Shown: positions 1-10,346 of the stretch, in pieces
Position numbering within the stretch: position 1 is the stretch's first letter
Layout of the letters: every line of letters begins with the position of its first letter
NCBI RefSeq assembly: GCF_006345805.1
Contig: NW_021835662.1
Span: forward strand, 1 to 26,000
DNA from: Octopus sinensis
Taxonomy: Eukaryota
Length of the DNA stretch: 26,000 nt
Reading direction: 5' to 3'
The notes under the pieces: generated by a model
Databases searched by the model: none
What the model was told of the DNA's origin: nothing
The model's input: only the letters and a program-made list of their open reading frames with translations
Translations under genes and position numbers: made by a program

Positions 1-122
1 ACTCCATTACATAGCTCCATGTGAAATCAAGTACACTATCGCATTTTTACACAGAAATACACTAAAATACAGACACACATACATACATACACCAGACATA
101 CACACACAGACACACACACACC

Positions 123-134
<12 letters not shown>

Positions 135-214
<80 letters not shown>

Positions 215-329
215 TTATGCATATACACATACAGAGAGAGTAAGAAAGAAAGAGAGCGAGAGAGACGCCCGTGTGCACCCAAATACTCAAATACATATAT
301 CCATGTACATATATATATCTATCTATCTA

Positions 330-398
<69 letters not shown>

Positions 399-469
399 TC
401 AGCCATCCAAACTTGCATACATAGACAAACAAATGCACACGCACACACACACTCATAGACATGCATACA

Positions 470-506
<37 letters not shown>
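135..506. repeat. Compound microsatellite block: (AT)n, (GT)n, (AT)n, (CA)n
   Basis: Direct reading: (AT)n 135-182, (TG)n 182-202, (TA)n about 332-396, (CA)n about 470-506. ORFs over this block are artefacts. Confidence 0.97.
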
Positions 507-508
<2 letters not shown>

Positions 509-889
509 CTTTATACATAAATACACGCATAAACATTGCCTAAATATGTAACACATACAAACACACACATATCTGGACAGAAGCAAAGAAATATTCAGTC
601 CAAAATGGCGTATTTTTAATCACGTGTTTTTGGCGTCACTACCATTAGCACAATCGAATGGCCTGATGGGAATGACACTTGCAGACGATTGGGTTTCACT
701 GTAGAAACATCATTTACGCCTATAATTTCATAAGTCCTTATTAATTGACATATTTTTCTTTCCCTTCCATTACATTTAGCCACCGTCGCTCTTTTATCTT
801 CTCGCACTTTCACTACGCAGCACCACACAGCGCCCCACAGAGCAGCCATTACCCAATACCATCACTAACACCTTCCTCCAGTCACCACC

Positions 890-1364
890 ACCCCCACCAC
901 CGTCAACCATTAACCATCACCATCACTAACACCTCCCCCTCCTGTACCACCGACACCTTCCAATGATACCATCATCAGCTCGACCACTAATAATGCCTCA
1001 GCCACCACCACCACCACCACCACCTCTATTATCGACAACACCGCCATCACATCCATGATGATGATGATGATGATGATGCTATCATCATCAGCAACAACAA
1101 CGGCATCGTTCCGCATCAACACCATCACCATCACCATCACCACTGCCAGCGAACTCACCGTCATCTGTTTAGCCCACCAACTCCTCCGCAACCATTGACG
1201 CTATCCCCACCTCCACCATCATGAAATGACATACTTATCAGCAGTTTTTGTTCTTGTTGATGATGTTGTTGTCGTTGACGACGACGACGACGAAGTGGAG
1301 GAGGAGGAGGAGGAGGTAGAGGGGATGAGGGCAATGGGGATGATAGTGATGACGGTGATGATTG

Positions 1365-1400
<36 letters not shown>

Positions 1401-1630
1401 CGATGATGATGACGATGATGATGACGATGATGATGACGATGATGACGATGTTGATTGTGATGATGATGATGATGACGATGATGACGATGATGATGATGAC
1501 GATGACGATGACGATGATGATGACGATGACGATGACGATGATGCTGATGGTGATGGTGATGATGATGATGATGATGATGATGCTGTTGATGATGATGATG
1601 CTGTTGACGTTTGTTGTTATTGTTGTTTTT
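890..1630. repeat. Low-complexity trinucleotide region: (CAC/CAT)n then a long (GAT/GAC)n tract
   Basis: CAC/CAT-rich at about 890-1220. GAT repeats interrupted by GAC at about 1340-1600, often as a 12-nt GATGATGATGAC unit. Confidence 0.95.
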
Positions 1631-2529
1631 ACGTGCCAAGTCAGTCCTGATTAAACAAACATAACGATCAAAACCCTTCCAAAACCCTTCCAAATGCCCT
1701 CTCCCGCTTTCACAGTCGCATCCAGGACAACCTAAGACAGTTTACGTCCTTCATTTTTTTTTTTTTTTAAGACTTCGTAGTATTATTATACGAGGGAACT
1801 TAGCTGCTATTTCCGCCTAACCGAGCGTCGACGCAGCGATACTTTCATTGTCTTCTATCCACATGGGCACCATGCTGTGTTGATGCTATCGCAGACATTA
1901 TTCTTGTTATTCTTGTAACAGTCACTCTATATTATTTCGCTTGATGTTGTTGTTAGGATCATCAGTCGCCAATATAAAGTCGTTCGGCGCACGAAATGTT
2001 TTTTTTTCTTTCTGTTGTCGTCGTTGTTGTTGTTATTTGAATTACTGTTGACATTTTTGTTGCTATTATCGTTGAGAGTGTTGTCACCCTTGTGTTTTTG
2101 TTTTCTTGTTGTAGCTCCTTGTTGGTACAGGAGTAGTGATGATGATGATGATGACGATGGTGATGAAGATGATGATGATGATCATCATCATCATCATCAT
2201 AATATTATGCTATTATTTGTATTAATGGTGTTGTGTCGTTTATATTTCTGTTAATGTTCTTCTTGTGGTTATTGAAGTTTTTACTGCAATAATTTTTGTT
2301 TGGTTCCGATATTTTCACACATTATGGTTACTTTCTTTCCCATCAACTCATTCCCATTTAGCCTCCCTCATTGGTCACATTCCCACTGAAGCTGCTTTAC
2401 TAAACCAATCAAATATATTGACTAGTACACACACTCACACACACAAACACACACAGACACAGAGAAAGAGAGGTTTTGTGTATGTATGTACGTATGTATG
2501 TATCTCATGTGTGTATATATAAATATATC

Positions 2530-2563
<34 letters not shown>

Positions 2564-2749
2564 GAGAGAGAAAGAGATAAATATACACACATATATATAT
2601 ATATATATTAGTATATATGTATGTATGTATATGCATGTGTGTGTGTGTGGCACCAATCTATACATGTGGTTCGTTTACCCCTTCTATTTCTTTTTTAAGT
2701 CTCTTGTGTGAAAAGTAGTCAGAATCGCTAGAATTGAGGACAAAACACC

Positions 2750-3365
2750 TTGCGATTGATCTTCTGACTTTTCTTTCATGGATTCAAATCTCGCCGAGAT
2801 CAGCTTTATTTTTCCTCCCTCCAAGGTCAATAAAATAAAGGCCCCGAGAGGATTCAATAGAATAAAATACCAATGAAGAAGTGGGATTGACTCACCCCTC
2901 TCTTCAAAATTGCTGGCATTATACCTAAATCAGAAACTTTTAACAAAACGGGATTAGATTGGCAGAACCATTAGAGTGTCAGAAATAATATTTAGCAGTG
3001 TTTGTTCTGGCTCTTTATATACTGAGTTCGAGTCCCGCCGGAGTCAACTATATTTTCTCGACCTCGAAAGGACGAAAAGCAGAGTACAGTCAAGTACTGC
3101 GGTTGATATAATTGGCTAATTCGCTTCACCTCTAAATTGGTAACCTTATCCCAATATGTGAAACTATGTCGGTGAGCTGTCAGAGTCGTTAGCGCATCAG
3201 AGAGAATGCTAAGCGATATCTTTCCGTTCAGAGTTCAAATCCCGATGAGACCAATTTGCCGTTCATCTGTTCGGGGTTGAAAAAAATACAGTACCAGTCA
3301 GATACTGGGGTCGATATATTCGACTGTCACCCCTCTCTGACATTGCTGGCCATCTATTAAAATTT
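2750..3365 (+). mobile_element. Three tandem diverged copies of tRNA-derived SINE family A
   Basis: Each copy has a B-box-like (G/T)(A/G)TTC(A/G)A motif (about 2780, 3025, 3232) followed by degraded versions of the body and tail seen in the cleaner copy at 24877-25107. The tails end in ...GCTGGC(C)TT/AT...AAA. Confidence 0.75.
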
Positions 3366-3439
3366 GAAGCAATTATTATCTTATGGCTTTTTAAAAAAAT
3401 TTACCAGAAATCCATTCATTTCTAACGAACCGTTTAAGG

Positions 3440-3662
3440 CAGTGATTCTCAACCATTTTTTTTACCTGTGCATCCCTTTGGTTCATGTTGCACCCTACTG
3501 GACACCTATAGCCATTTTATGTTTGAAAAGGTTCCTACGATGTTACCATATTATTAGGCATCGTATTAACAAGTTGTTAAAGCGTTTTGTGAATTTTGTA
3601 ACCAATTTATGGCACATACGCTGACAGCAAAATCTTATATGGACCCTAGTTGGGATACACTG
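3440..3662. mobile_element. Non-autonomous hAT (Charlie-like) MITE, 223 bp
   Basis: Left end CAGTGATTCTCAACC (3440-3454). The right end reverse-complements to CAGTGTATCCCAACT (3648-3662). Exact 8-bp TSD GTTTAAGG at 3432-3439 and 3663-3670. An 8-bp TSD and CAG termini are hAT hallmarks. Confidence 0.9.
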
Positions 3663-3904
3663 GTTTAAGGTGATTGAATCAGTCTCAATAAATTACTGGT
3701 ATATATTGAACTAAATCCAGGAGAGATAGATGAACGGCAATGAGAACACTAGCAAGATTTGATCTCAGTTCATAGTGAAATGTCAATCAATGACGGTAGA
3801 CATTTGATCCAGTTCTATAGAATATTAATGATTAACTGTGGGAGAACTGTGACCAACTGCTGTCATTTGATTTTCAGATACGATGGCATCCTAGAATACA
3901 TTAT

Positions 3905-4125
3905 GCAAATGAGCCAATATGGAAGACTCCGTGCTACTGCACGGCTTCTTGCATGAATTAACAGCCAAATATCCCTCAAATCATATTTTACCGTCTTTAG
4001 GAGGTAAAAGACACATTGGTTAATTTAATCCTGAACAAATTCTCAACAAAAAGATGTGATGGTCATAGTTGGCATACCTTTCACTATAGAACTGCTCGAG
4101 CAGTGTCGACCTCGGGTGAATAATA
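3905..4125 (+). mobile_element. Dispersed repeat family C (SINE-like), diverged copy
   Basis: The core AACAGCCAAATATCCCTCAAATC recurs in + orientation at about 23365 and reversed at about 4840-4870 and about 1790-1815. Related 3' parts with (AAC)n tails occur at about 18075-18145, about 23470-23500 and reversed at about 6510-6600. Confidence 0.6.
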
Positions 4126-4138
4126 CCGCCCAATGTGT

Positions 4139-4234
<96 letters not shown>
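4139..4234. repeat. (GATA)n tetranucleotide microsatellite
   Basis: Direct reading, about 24 units. Confidence 0.98.
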
Positions 4235-4235
<1 letters not shown>

Positions 4236-5018
4236 GTAGGTAGATGGATGGACGGACGGACGGAGGGAGGGAGAGAACGAGAGAAAGAGAGAGCGAGAGT
4301 TTGCAGATGATTTATCTCAGAATTACATTACCAGATGTGTCCTTCCTGTTCATAAGACGGTTGTGTAATTTAGGAGATATTTTTAGCTGTTATAATTCAC
4401 CTGTTGAGCGACCACAGCCTTCATTTTGTTCAAAGGCGTAAACAATGGTTTCGCCATTTAATCCCTGGTTAACTAATAACAAACTTAGTTTAATTGTCAA
4501 ATTTAGAGATTATCAGCTAAAGCCGCAAAGGGAAACCATTAAAATTAGCCGAGATGATTAGATTAAGCTTCTACTCGGCATTTCGTGATAAAAGAATGAG
4601 CTTCACTATTTAATCAAGTTGAATGAAATCGAAACACACAATGCTAGAATTCAGAATGGCCTCAAACTTCGACGCGCTATTACCGTTGCTATTTAACCGG
4701 ACATCTTCCCTGTTTTAGTAGACCGATGATGAAAACTGTCCAAGCAGAGGCAATCGAAACTTCTACTGTTGTCCAGATTTTGTTCCCCACCGACTGCATT
4801 ATTCAATATGTCCTTCTCTTTTTATGACAGTATCGTGCAATTTGAAAGACATTTGGCAGTCATTTCTAATAGATTCAACGACCATACATAGGTTATTGCG
4901 TCGTCCGCTCGATCAAAGAGTCGTAGAATGTCATTATGGCACATAGGTGACCTTCAGATGACATCGTTTAATTATTAGGGATTTATATATTGAGGTGTTA
5001 AATGAGGTCTTCTAAGGA

Positions 5019-5471
5019 GGCGCAGGTCTGGCAATGTGGCTACGTAGTTCGCTTTGCAACCACGTCGTTATGAGTTCAAGCCCAATCTCTTCTACTGGAG
5101 CCCTGGGCCTATCAATACCTTATGAGTGAAATTGTGAGATTGAAACTGTATGGAAGCCCGAGGGATATACAGCGATATAGAAAAATTGATATTTGTTACA
5201 CATGTATCATTTATGTAAGCATGTATGTATGCACGAGTGTTTATGTTTTTTTGTTTGTGTTGGTTCCCCACCATCACTTCACACCCGGTGTTGGTTTGTA
5301 TACGTCCCCGTAGGTTAGCGGTTCGGTTAAGAAGACCGATAGAATAAGTACCAGACTTTAAAAAAAATAATAAAGAAAGAAAAGTACCGGGTCGATTTGT
5401 TCGGCTAAACACTTTAAGGAGTGCTCCTGCATGGGCGGAATCCAATGAATGGAACAAGTAAAAGATAAAAG
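5019..5471 (+). mobile_element. tRNA-derived SINE family B, diverged near-full copy
   Basis: Colinear with the copy at 22344-22816: GGCGCAGG head, GAGTTCAAGCCC B-box-like motif, ACGTCCCCGTA..TTAGCGGTTCGG..GACCGATAGAATAAGTAC body and AAACAAGTAAAAGATAAAAG tail. Confidence 0.85.
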
Positions 5472-5794
5472 CTATAATTTCATTCCTATATAGCTGACTG
5501 GCCTTTTATTTCACTGGTATCAGCAAAAAGGAAAAAGAAAGTTCACACCGGTAGTATTAGAAATCAAACTATAACGGGCAATAAATAAATGCTTCGGAGC
5601 ATCTTTTCTGATGCTCTACCGACTCTGCAAATCCACCAAGGTGGAATGGTATTGTTTCTCGCTACATTCACGTGGCTTTCTTCTCTCCCTTAACTTCACC
5701 GTTCAATTCCAGATTAACCAACGATAAATTTAACCACAACTGATCCCGTTAAGTCTTGTAACGTTTATTTTTATTAGATGTAAAACATAAATAC

Positions 5795-5905
5795 CGAAAA
5801 TAGAAATAATTCATTTCTAAATCTCTCAGAGAGATTTATTACAATACGTGTTACTACTGTATAAATCTCTCTGAGAGATTTAGAAATGTATTATTTCTAT
5901 TTTCG
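5795..5905. repeat. Near-perfect 45-bp inverted repeat (21-nt spacer)
   Basis: Arm 5795-5839 versus arm 5861-5905 has one mismatch. The arm sequence resembles 8350-8385 and 17879-17915. Confidence 0.95.
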
Positions 5906-5964
5906 AAATCAGTGAATGTATTTCACTTGAATTATTATATGTTTACGGAGGCAGACAGGCATCG

Positions 5965-6172
5965 ACAGCGAGCAAGACATGCTACTCCAGACTGATGACG
6001 AGCAATGACTCAGAAACTAGTCTCTGGAAGCTGGCTTTGCTGGGTGGAGGTACTTATCTCCCCCTTCGTAAACATAAGGACACAGAAAATGTGTCATAGC
6101 CGACAGAAAGCGGTGCTTCTTAGGGCTAAACAACAGTCGTATTCTTCCCTTTCATGGGACTGTCACAGTTAA
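5965..6172 (+). mobile_element. Hammerhead-bearing non-autonomous repeat (family H), copy 1
   Basis: Downstream of the ribozyme, the blocks AAACATAAGGACACAGA (6070-6086), GGGCTAAACAACAG (6123-6136) and GGACTGTCACA (6157-6167) match in order the minus strand of 8431-8527 (AAATATAAGGACGCAGA, GGGCTAAATAACAG, GGACTGCCACA). Confidence 0.75.
5986..6028 (+). ncRNA. Minimal type I hammerhead ribozyme motif
   Basis: Stem I TCCAGA (5986-5991)/TCTGGA (6023-6028). Core CTGATGA (5992-5998). Stem II GAG/CTC around loop CAATGA with a C.A closing mismatch. GAAA (6013-6016). Palindromic stem III ACTAGT. Cleavage triplet GTC (6020-6022). Confidence 0.75.
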
Positions 6173-7129
6173 ATAATGAATATTTTCATAAATTAACACT
6201 ATTTTTCTAAGCTGTATTCATTTTAAGGACAGCATAAACGAGGACGAGAATTTACGAATTTTTTCTAAACCAAAACAAAAAGAAAACAAAGTCCTATTTT
6301 GCAGAACACACATTTTTTTTAGTATTTTGTTAATCATTTCTGATCTTAACAAAACCGTTTTATTCAGTCTTATTGGGTGTTAGTTTAAGGAGTAATATTT
6401 CATTTTTCTTTATTCGTTAGTCTTCATTCAACTGTTTTGGAAGGAAATCACTAAACTGGATGGCGGCTAAAGTAGAATGTTCAGTCAGAAATGTTCAGAC
6501 TGGCGTTATTTGTGTTGTTTGTTGTTTAACCCTAGGACAGACCTCAGTAGGCATAACTATGATGAAAGATGTTCCAGTCGTGATCATTCTTCTCTTCATA
6601 CAAAATGCTTCTAGAATTACATAATCCATTGTGTCTTCCCTCTTATAACGACAATGGAGGCAGATATAGACGCTATTTCTAGCAGAATCAATGACCGCCC
6701 AGATGCACTGTAGCGGGTTCGTGGTTGCTCATGCTTCTGAATGAAAGAGGGGGGAAAGAAACTGAGCGAGAAAATTAATGAAGAGAGAAGTTGAGAGGCA
6801 GTGAGAGAGATTAGAGTCAAGGATAGAGAGAGATTGACTGGGGATGAGAGACAGGGAGAGAGAGAGAATTATTGAGAATTAAAGAGAGAGAGAGAGAGGG
6901 GATGATTGGGGAAGAGGAACTTAAAGAATTGTCTGACTTAATACGACCAACAGTTCTTTGGAGGGTCTTTAGATAAGCTGCGTTCGAATCGGACTGGACG
7001 GCCAGGAAATTAGCCACTACTTCACATTTGCTTAAACCTTAGTAACAGAAGCGGAGCGGAAAGGACGTGCCTAGCACTTAACACGCTTGATGATCATTAT
7101 GTTGCTAGCAAACAGATGTGGGTTGATAT

Positions 7130-7170
7130 GCATGTGTGTGTGAAAGCGTGTGTGGGTGAGTGAATGTCTG

Positions 7171-7235
<65 letters not shown>

Positions 7236-7510
7236 GACAGAGGTAAGTGTATGTGTGTGTGTGGATATATATGATTGTGCATATGTATATGTGTTAATGT
7301 ATTGGAGCGTGCCATTGTGGTGATGGTGTTCGTAGTGGTAGTAATGGTGAAGGTGGTGGTGGTGGTGGTTGTGGTAGTGTTGACAGATGCGGTGCTTGTA
7401 ATGATGACAGCAAGTGTAAGGGTGATAGTAATGATTATTGTGGTAGGGATGATGATGATGATGATGATGGTGGTGTAGAAAAAAAGTGATGACGGTGGTG
7501 GTGTTGGAGG
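7130..7510. repeat. (TG)n microsatellite followed by GTG/GAT low-complexity tract
   Basis: Direct reading. Confidence 0.93.
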
Positions 7511-7836
7511 CATCGGTGGTGACGAACCAAGGTAGTAATTATAACGATGGCGATAGTGCGCGCTCGTGCAATTTCTGGTTCTGCGATCGTTCTGTTGTAC
7601 TTGTATATTGGGGGGCAGCTGTTGAACAAGATGTTTAGGTGGAATGAACGGTCAGTAAACAACAAGGACACCAGTTCTGATGATCAAACAAGATTAAAGC
7701 GGAAACTGCGTCGCACATAGCAAATGCCGTTTATGTGTTGATTGCTTATCAGTGCGTTCATCTAGCAACGATCTCCTTCTCTCACTGCCTCATATACATC
7801 ACTTTCATTTTTTTCTTTTCTCTCTGCCTTTCTCTG

Positions 7837-7875
<39 letters not shown>

Positions 7876-8158
7876 AGTCCCGGTAGATGTAGATGTGGGT
7901 GTGTATGAATGTGCGCGTATGAGTATTTGGCCATGTATGTGCGTGCGTGTGTGCGTGTGTGTCTGTGTCTGCGTGTGTCTGTGTGCAGGTGAGAGAGACG
8001 AATGAGAATAGATTGATAGGTTAATGAAGAGACAGAGAGCAGGCAAAGGTACTGGCAGATACCTATCTACCTATCTATCTATCTATCAATCATTTCTGTG
8101 TGTGCGTGTGTGAGTGCAGGTGAATGTATAAATTTACACACGCACACGCACACACACA

Positions 8159-8196
<38 letters not shown>

Positions 8197-8349
8197 CACA
8201 CACACAATGAAGTCGATGCCAGTACAAACTATCCGATCCAGACTCTACTTACGCGGAGACTCGAACAAATGTTTTGGGTCGTTATATTTGATTTGAGAAA
8301 ACCCTGGTACCGTGCATCGTTACTAAGCGTTGCACGAAGTGTGTATAAA

Positions 8350-8830
8350 TAGGAAAATAATTATTTCTAAATCTCTGAACGAGAAACATTCAGCAACAGC
8401 ACTTAGAGTAAAGATTATTTGCCAACATAATGTGGCAGTCCTGGTTAGTACGAATGCTGCTGTTATTTAGCCCCAGGAAACATCGTCTCCAGCTGACTAT
8501 CGACGCCCTATCTGCGTCCTTATATTTTTGAATAAGGGAGTTTAGTGTCCCCACTCAACTCAGAGCGTGCCAATGGTTTCTAGGTTATTTCCCTTCATCA
8601 GCACGGAATAACTGCTTGGCTAGAGATGACGACACTAAATTCTTATTCGAAATTCGTACAGATATTGCTCTGAGCTGAGTGAGGACACTAAGATCCTTGT
8701 TCCAAAATATAAGGATGTAGATAGTGTGTCGATAGTCAACAGGAGACGATGTTTCCTGATGCTAAATAACAGTAACATTCGTCCTAATCAGGACTGCTAC
8801 AGTATGTTGGCAAATAATCTTTACTCTAAG

Positions 8831-8831
<1 letters not shown>
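8350..8831 (-). mobile_element. Family H copy 2: foldback with about 165-bp arms, 100-nt loop and about 51-bp unpaired tail (Penelope-like inverted pLTR architecture)
   Basis: Arm 8401-8566 is the reverse complement of arm 8667-8831, roughly 85% identical by eye. Segment 8350-8400 has no partner on the right. The loop contains a degenerate hammerhead core on the minus strand. Confidence 0.8.
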
Positions 8832-8864
<33 letters not shown>

Positions 8865-8929
8865 CACACACAACCTGATTACACAATTTCACTACATCTC
8901 TCTAAATCTAGTTACAAATTTTATATGCT

Positions 8930-9830
8930 TCGGGACATTTCTTTCAATCCTACTCTGCCTGAGCTTGGTGTTACATGTGCTGCAAAGAGGATGGCTATAA
9001 ATTCTATCACAGAATCTGGAGAAGTGGCCACCGGATGGCTCTAAATGCAGAACACAGATGAGTTGTTTGCGGCTGTTGAGATGCAAACTGAGGCCATTGA
9101 TATTAAAATTCAAAATCTATTAACCAATCCAAACGATATACACACGAAGAGTGGCACAGGCCATATCCACCTCAAATGAAATCAAGAGACAGAGGCTTAG
9201 CAACGATTGACAAACAGTCTTTTCGACCATATCAACTAACTCTGAAGCACCGAATTCATGGATCTAGTATGTATTTACATGAGTCAAATATTATACGATA
9301 TAGAAAAGCGATCCTGCGAAGGTGTTGACTAGCGACAGGGATAGACACACACACAGAAGTTAGACAACTCAACCAAAACAGCTCGAATGACAAGGCTCTC
9401 TGCCAATCAGCACAAGTTAATGTACGACCATGTTCTCAATGAGCTTCAAAGGGGAAGTAATATTTATAATGAACGTCGATTATTTTTTATATTAGCCTCG
9501 ACTTTGAAGAGTGTGATTTTGTAATCCAGGCACAGAAAATAAGAAGAAAATTCCTGATTCAGAAAGTGGGTTTGAATGTCATAAAATAGCTCGATGCAAC
9601 AACCGATGCAGCCTTTACAATTAATACTTATATCATAAACGAAAAACCAAAATGATATCACTATGCTATGAGGCACGGTGTTGTACCAAAACATTATTCA
9701 ATGCTTTCCACGGAACGTAAAGGAAACTACACTGATGTGGTTGAGGTATTCATAAATACAAGTAGAATGTGACAGCCAAACGCTCAGTAAAATGTAGGCA
9801 TAAAGGACTTGATATAACGTACTGGAACAG
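8930..9830 (+). pseudogene. Highly degraded non-LTR retrotransposon reverse transcriptase remnant (RTE/CR1-like)
   Basis: Manual translation across stops and frameshifts gives motifs in LINE RT order: KWPPDG (like KAPGPDG), EEWH (like PxEW), FRP (like NYRPISL), DHVLNELQRGSNIYN, YISLDFEECDFV (like FIDFEKAFDSV), MRHGVVPK (like VRQGDxxSP), YTDVVEVF (like YADDIVL). The similarity is weak and judged by eye. Confidence 0.5.
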
Positions 9831-10346
9831 AGAAAATAATTTCGTGTAAGGAAACCAGTTGTGACCATAATCTGTCAAAATTATAAGAATGCTCCAGATA
9901 TTCCATTCAGAGTATAACCAGATGACCGTGATTATGAGGTCTACGGATATGTAACTAATTTGCTCAGCACTAATCTTGATAAGCAAAGCTTGACAACACC
10001 AAAAAGCAAAAGAAAAGTTAATTAAGAATTTAGAAATGCAAGTGTTTAGTGAAATTGTGAAGAATGTGTAAAATATTACCGAAGTTACGCAAATACTAGA
10101 TGAATATAGACGTGTTGGTTTACAAATAGGTAATTGTGCCGACATGTTGCAATATATAAATCTGCATGTAATACGATTCATGCTTGTACAAATACATAAG
10201 CATAGTTGTCACGCGTAAGCGTGTAAGACAAGGTGGCGAGTAACGCGCTTACGATAATTGTTTCAGATGCTTATGTAATTAGGAGAAGATACAGACACAA
10301 CTTCGACCATAACACACTGGACCGAATAAGACATTCGAGATGTGAC

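Noticed and set aside
890-1630. Converging CAT-rich and GAT-rich tracts as a long hairpin
   Set aside because: Complementarity is only that of the simple repeats, and no unique sequence is mirrored.
1226-1693. ORFs of 142 and 151 aa (poly-Met/poly-His)
   Set aside because: They are translations of the (GAT/GAC)n microsatellite, with no splice or start context.
4430-4680. Cluster of TAATC/GATTA homeodomain-like sites
   Set aside because: Short AT-rich motifs are expected by chance in this composition, and there is no conservation evidence.
7097-7660. Minus-strand acceptor-like site (TACTGAC ... TTCAACAG at 7619) and following ORFs
   Set aside because: The frames run into low-complexity repeats, with no donor or recognisable protein.
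7677-7715. CTGATGA...GAAAC...GTC hammerhead-like string
   Set aside because: Neither stem I nor stem II can form, so it is a chance match.
8350-8831. Interpretation as an ordinary TIR MITE or Helentron
   Set aside because: Not preferred: no TSD, arms much longer than Helentron subterminal repeats, a reproducible one-sided tail and an internal hammerhead core. It is not formally excluded.
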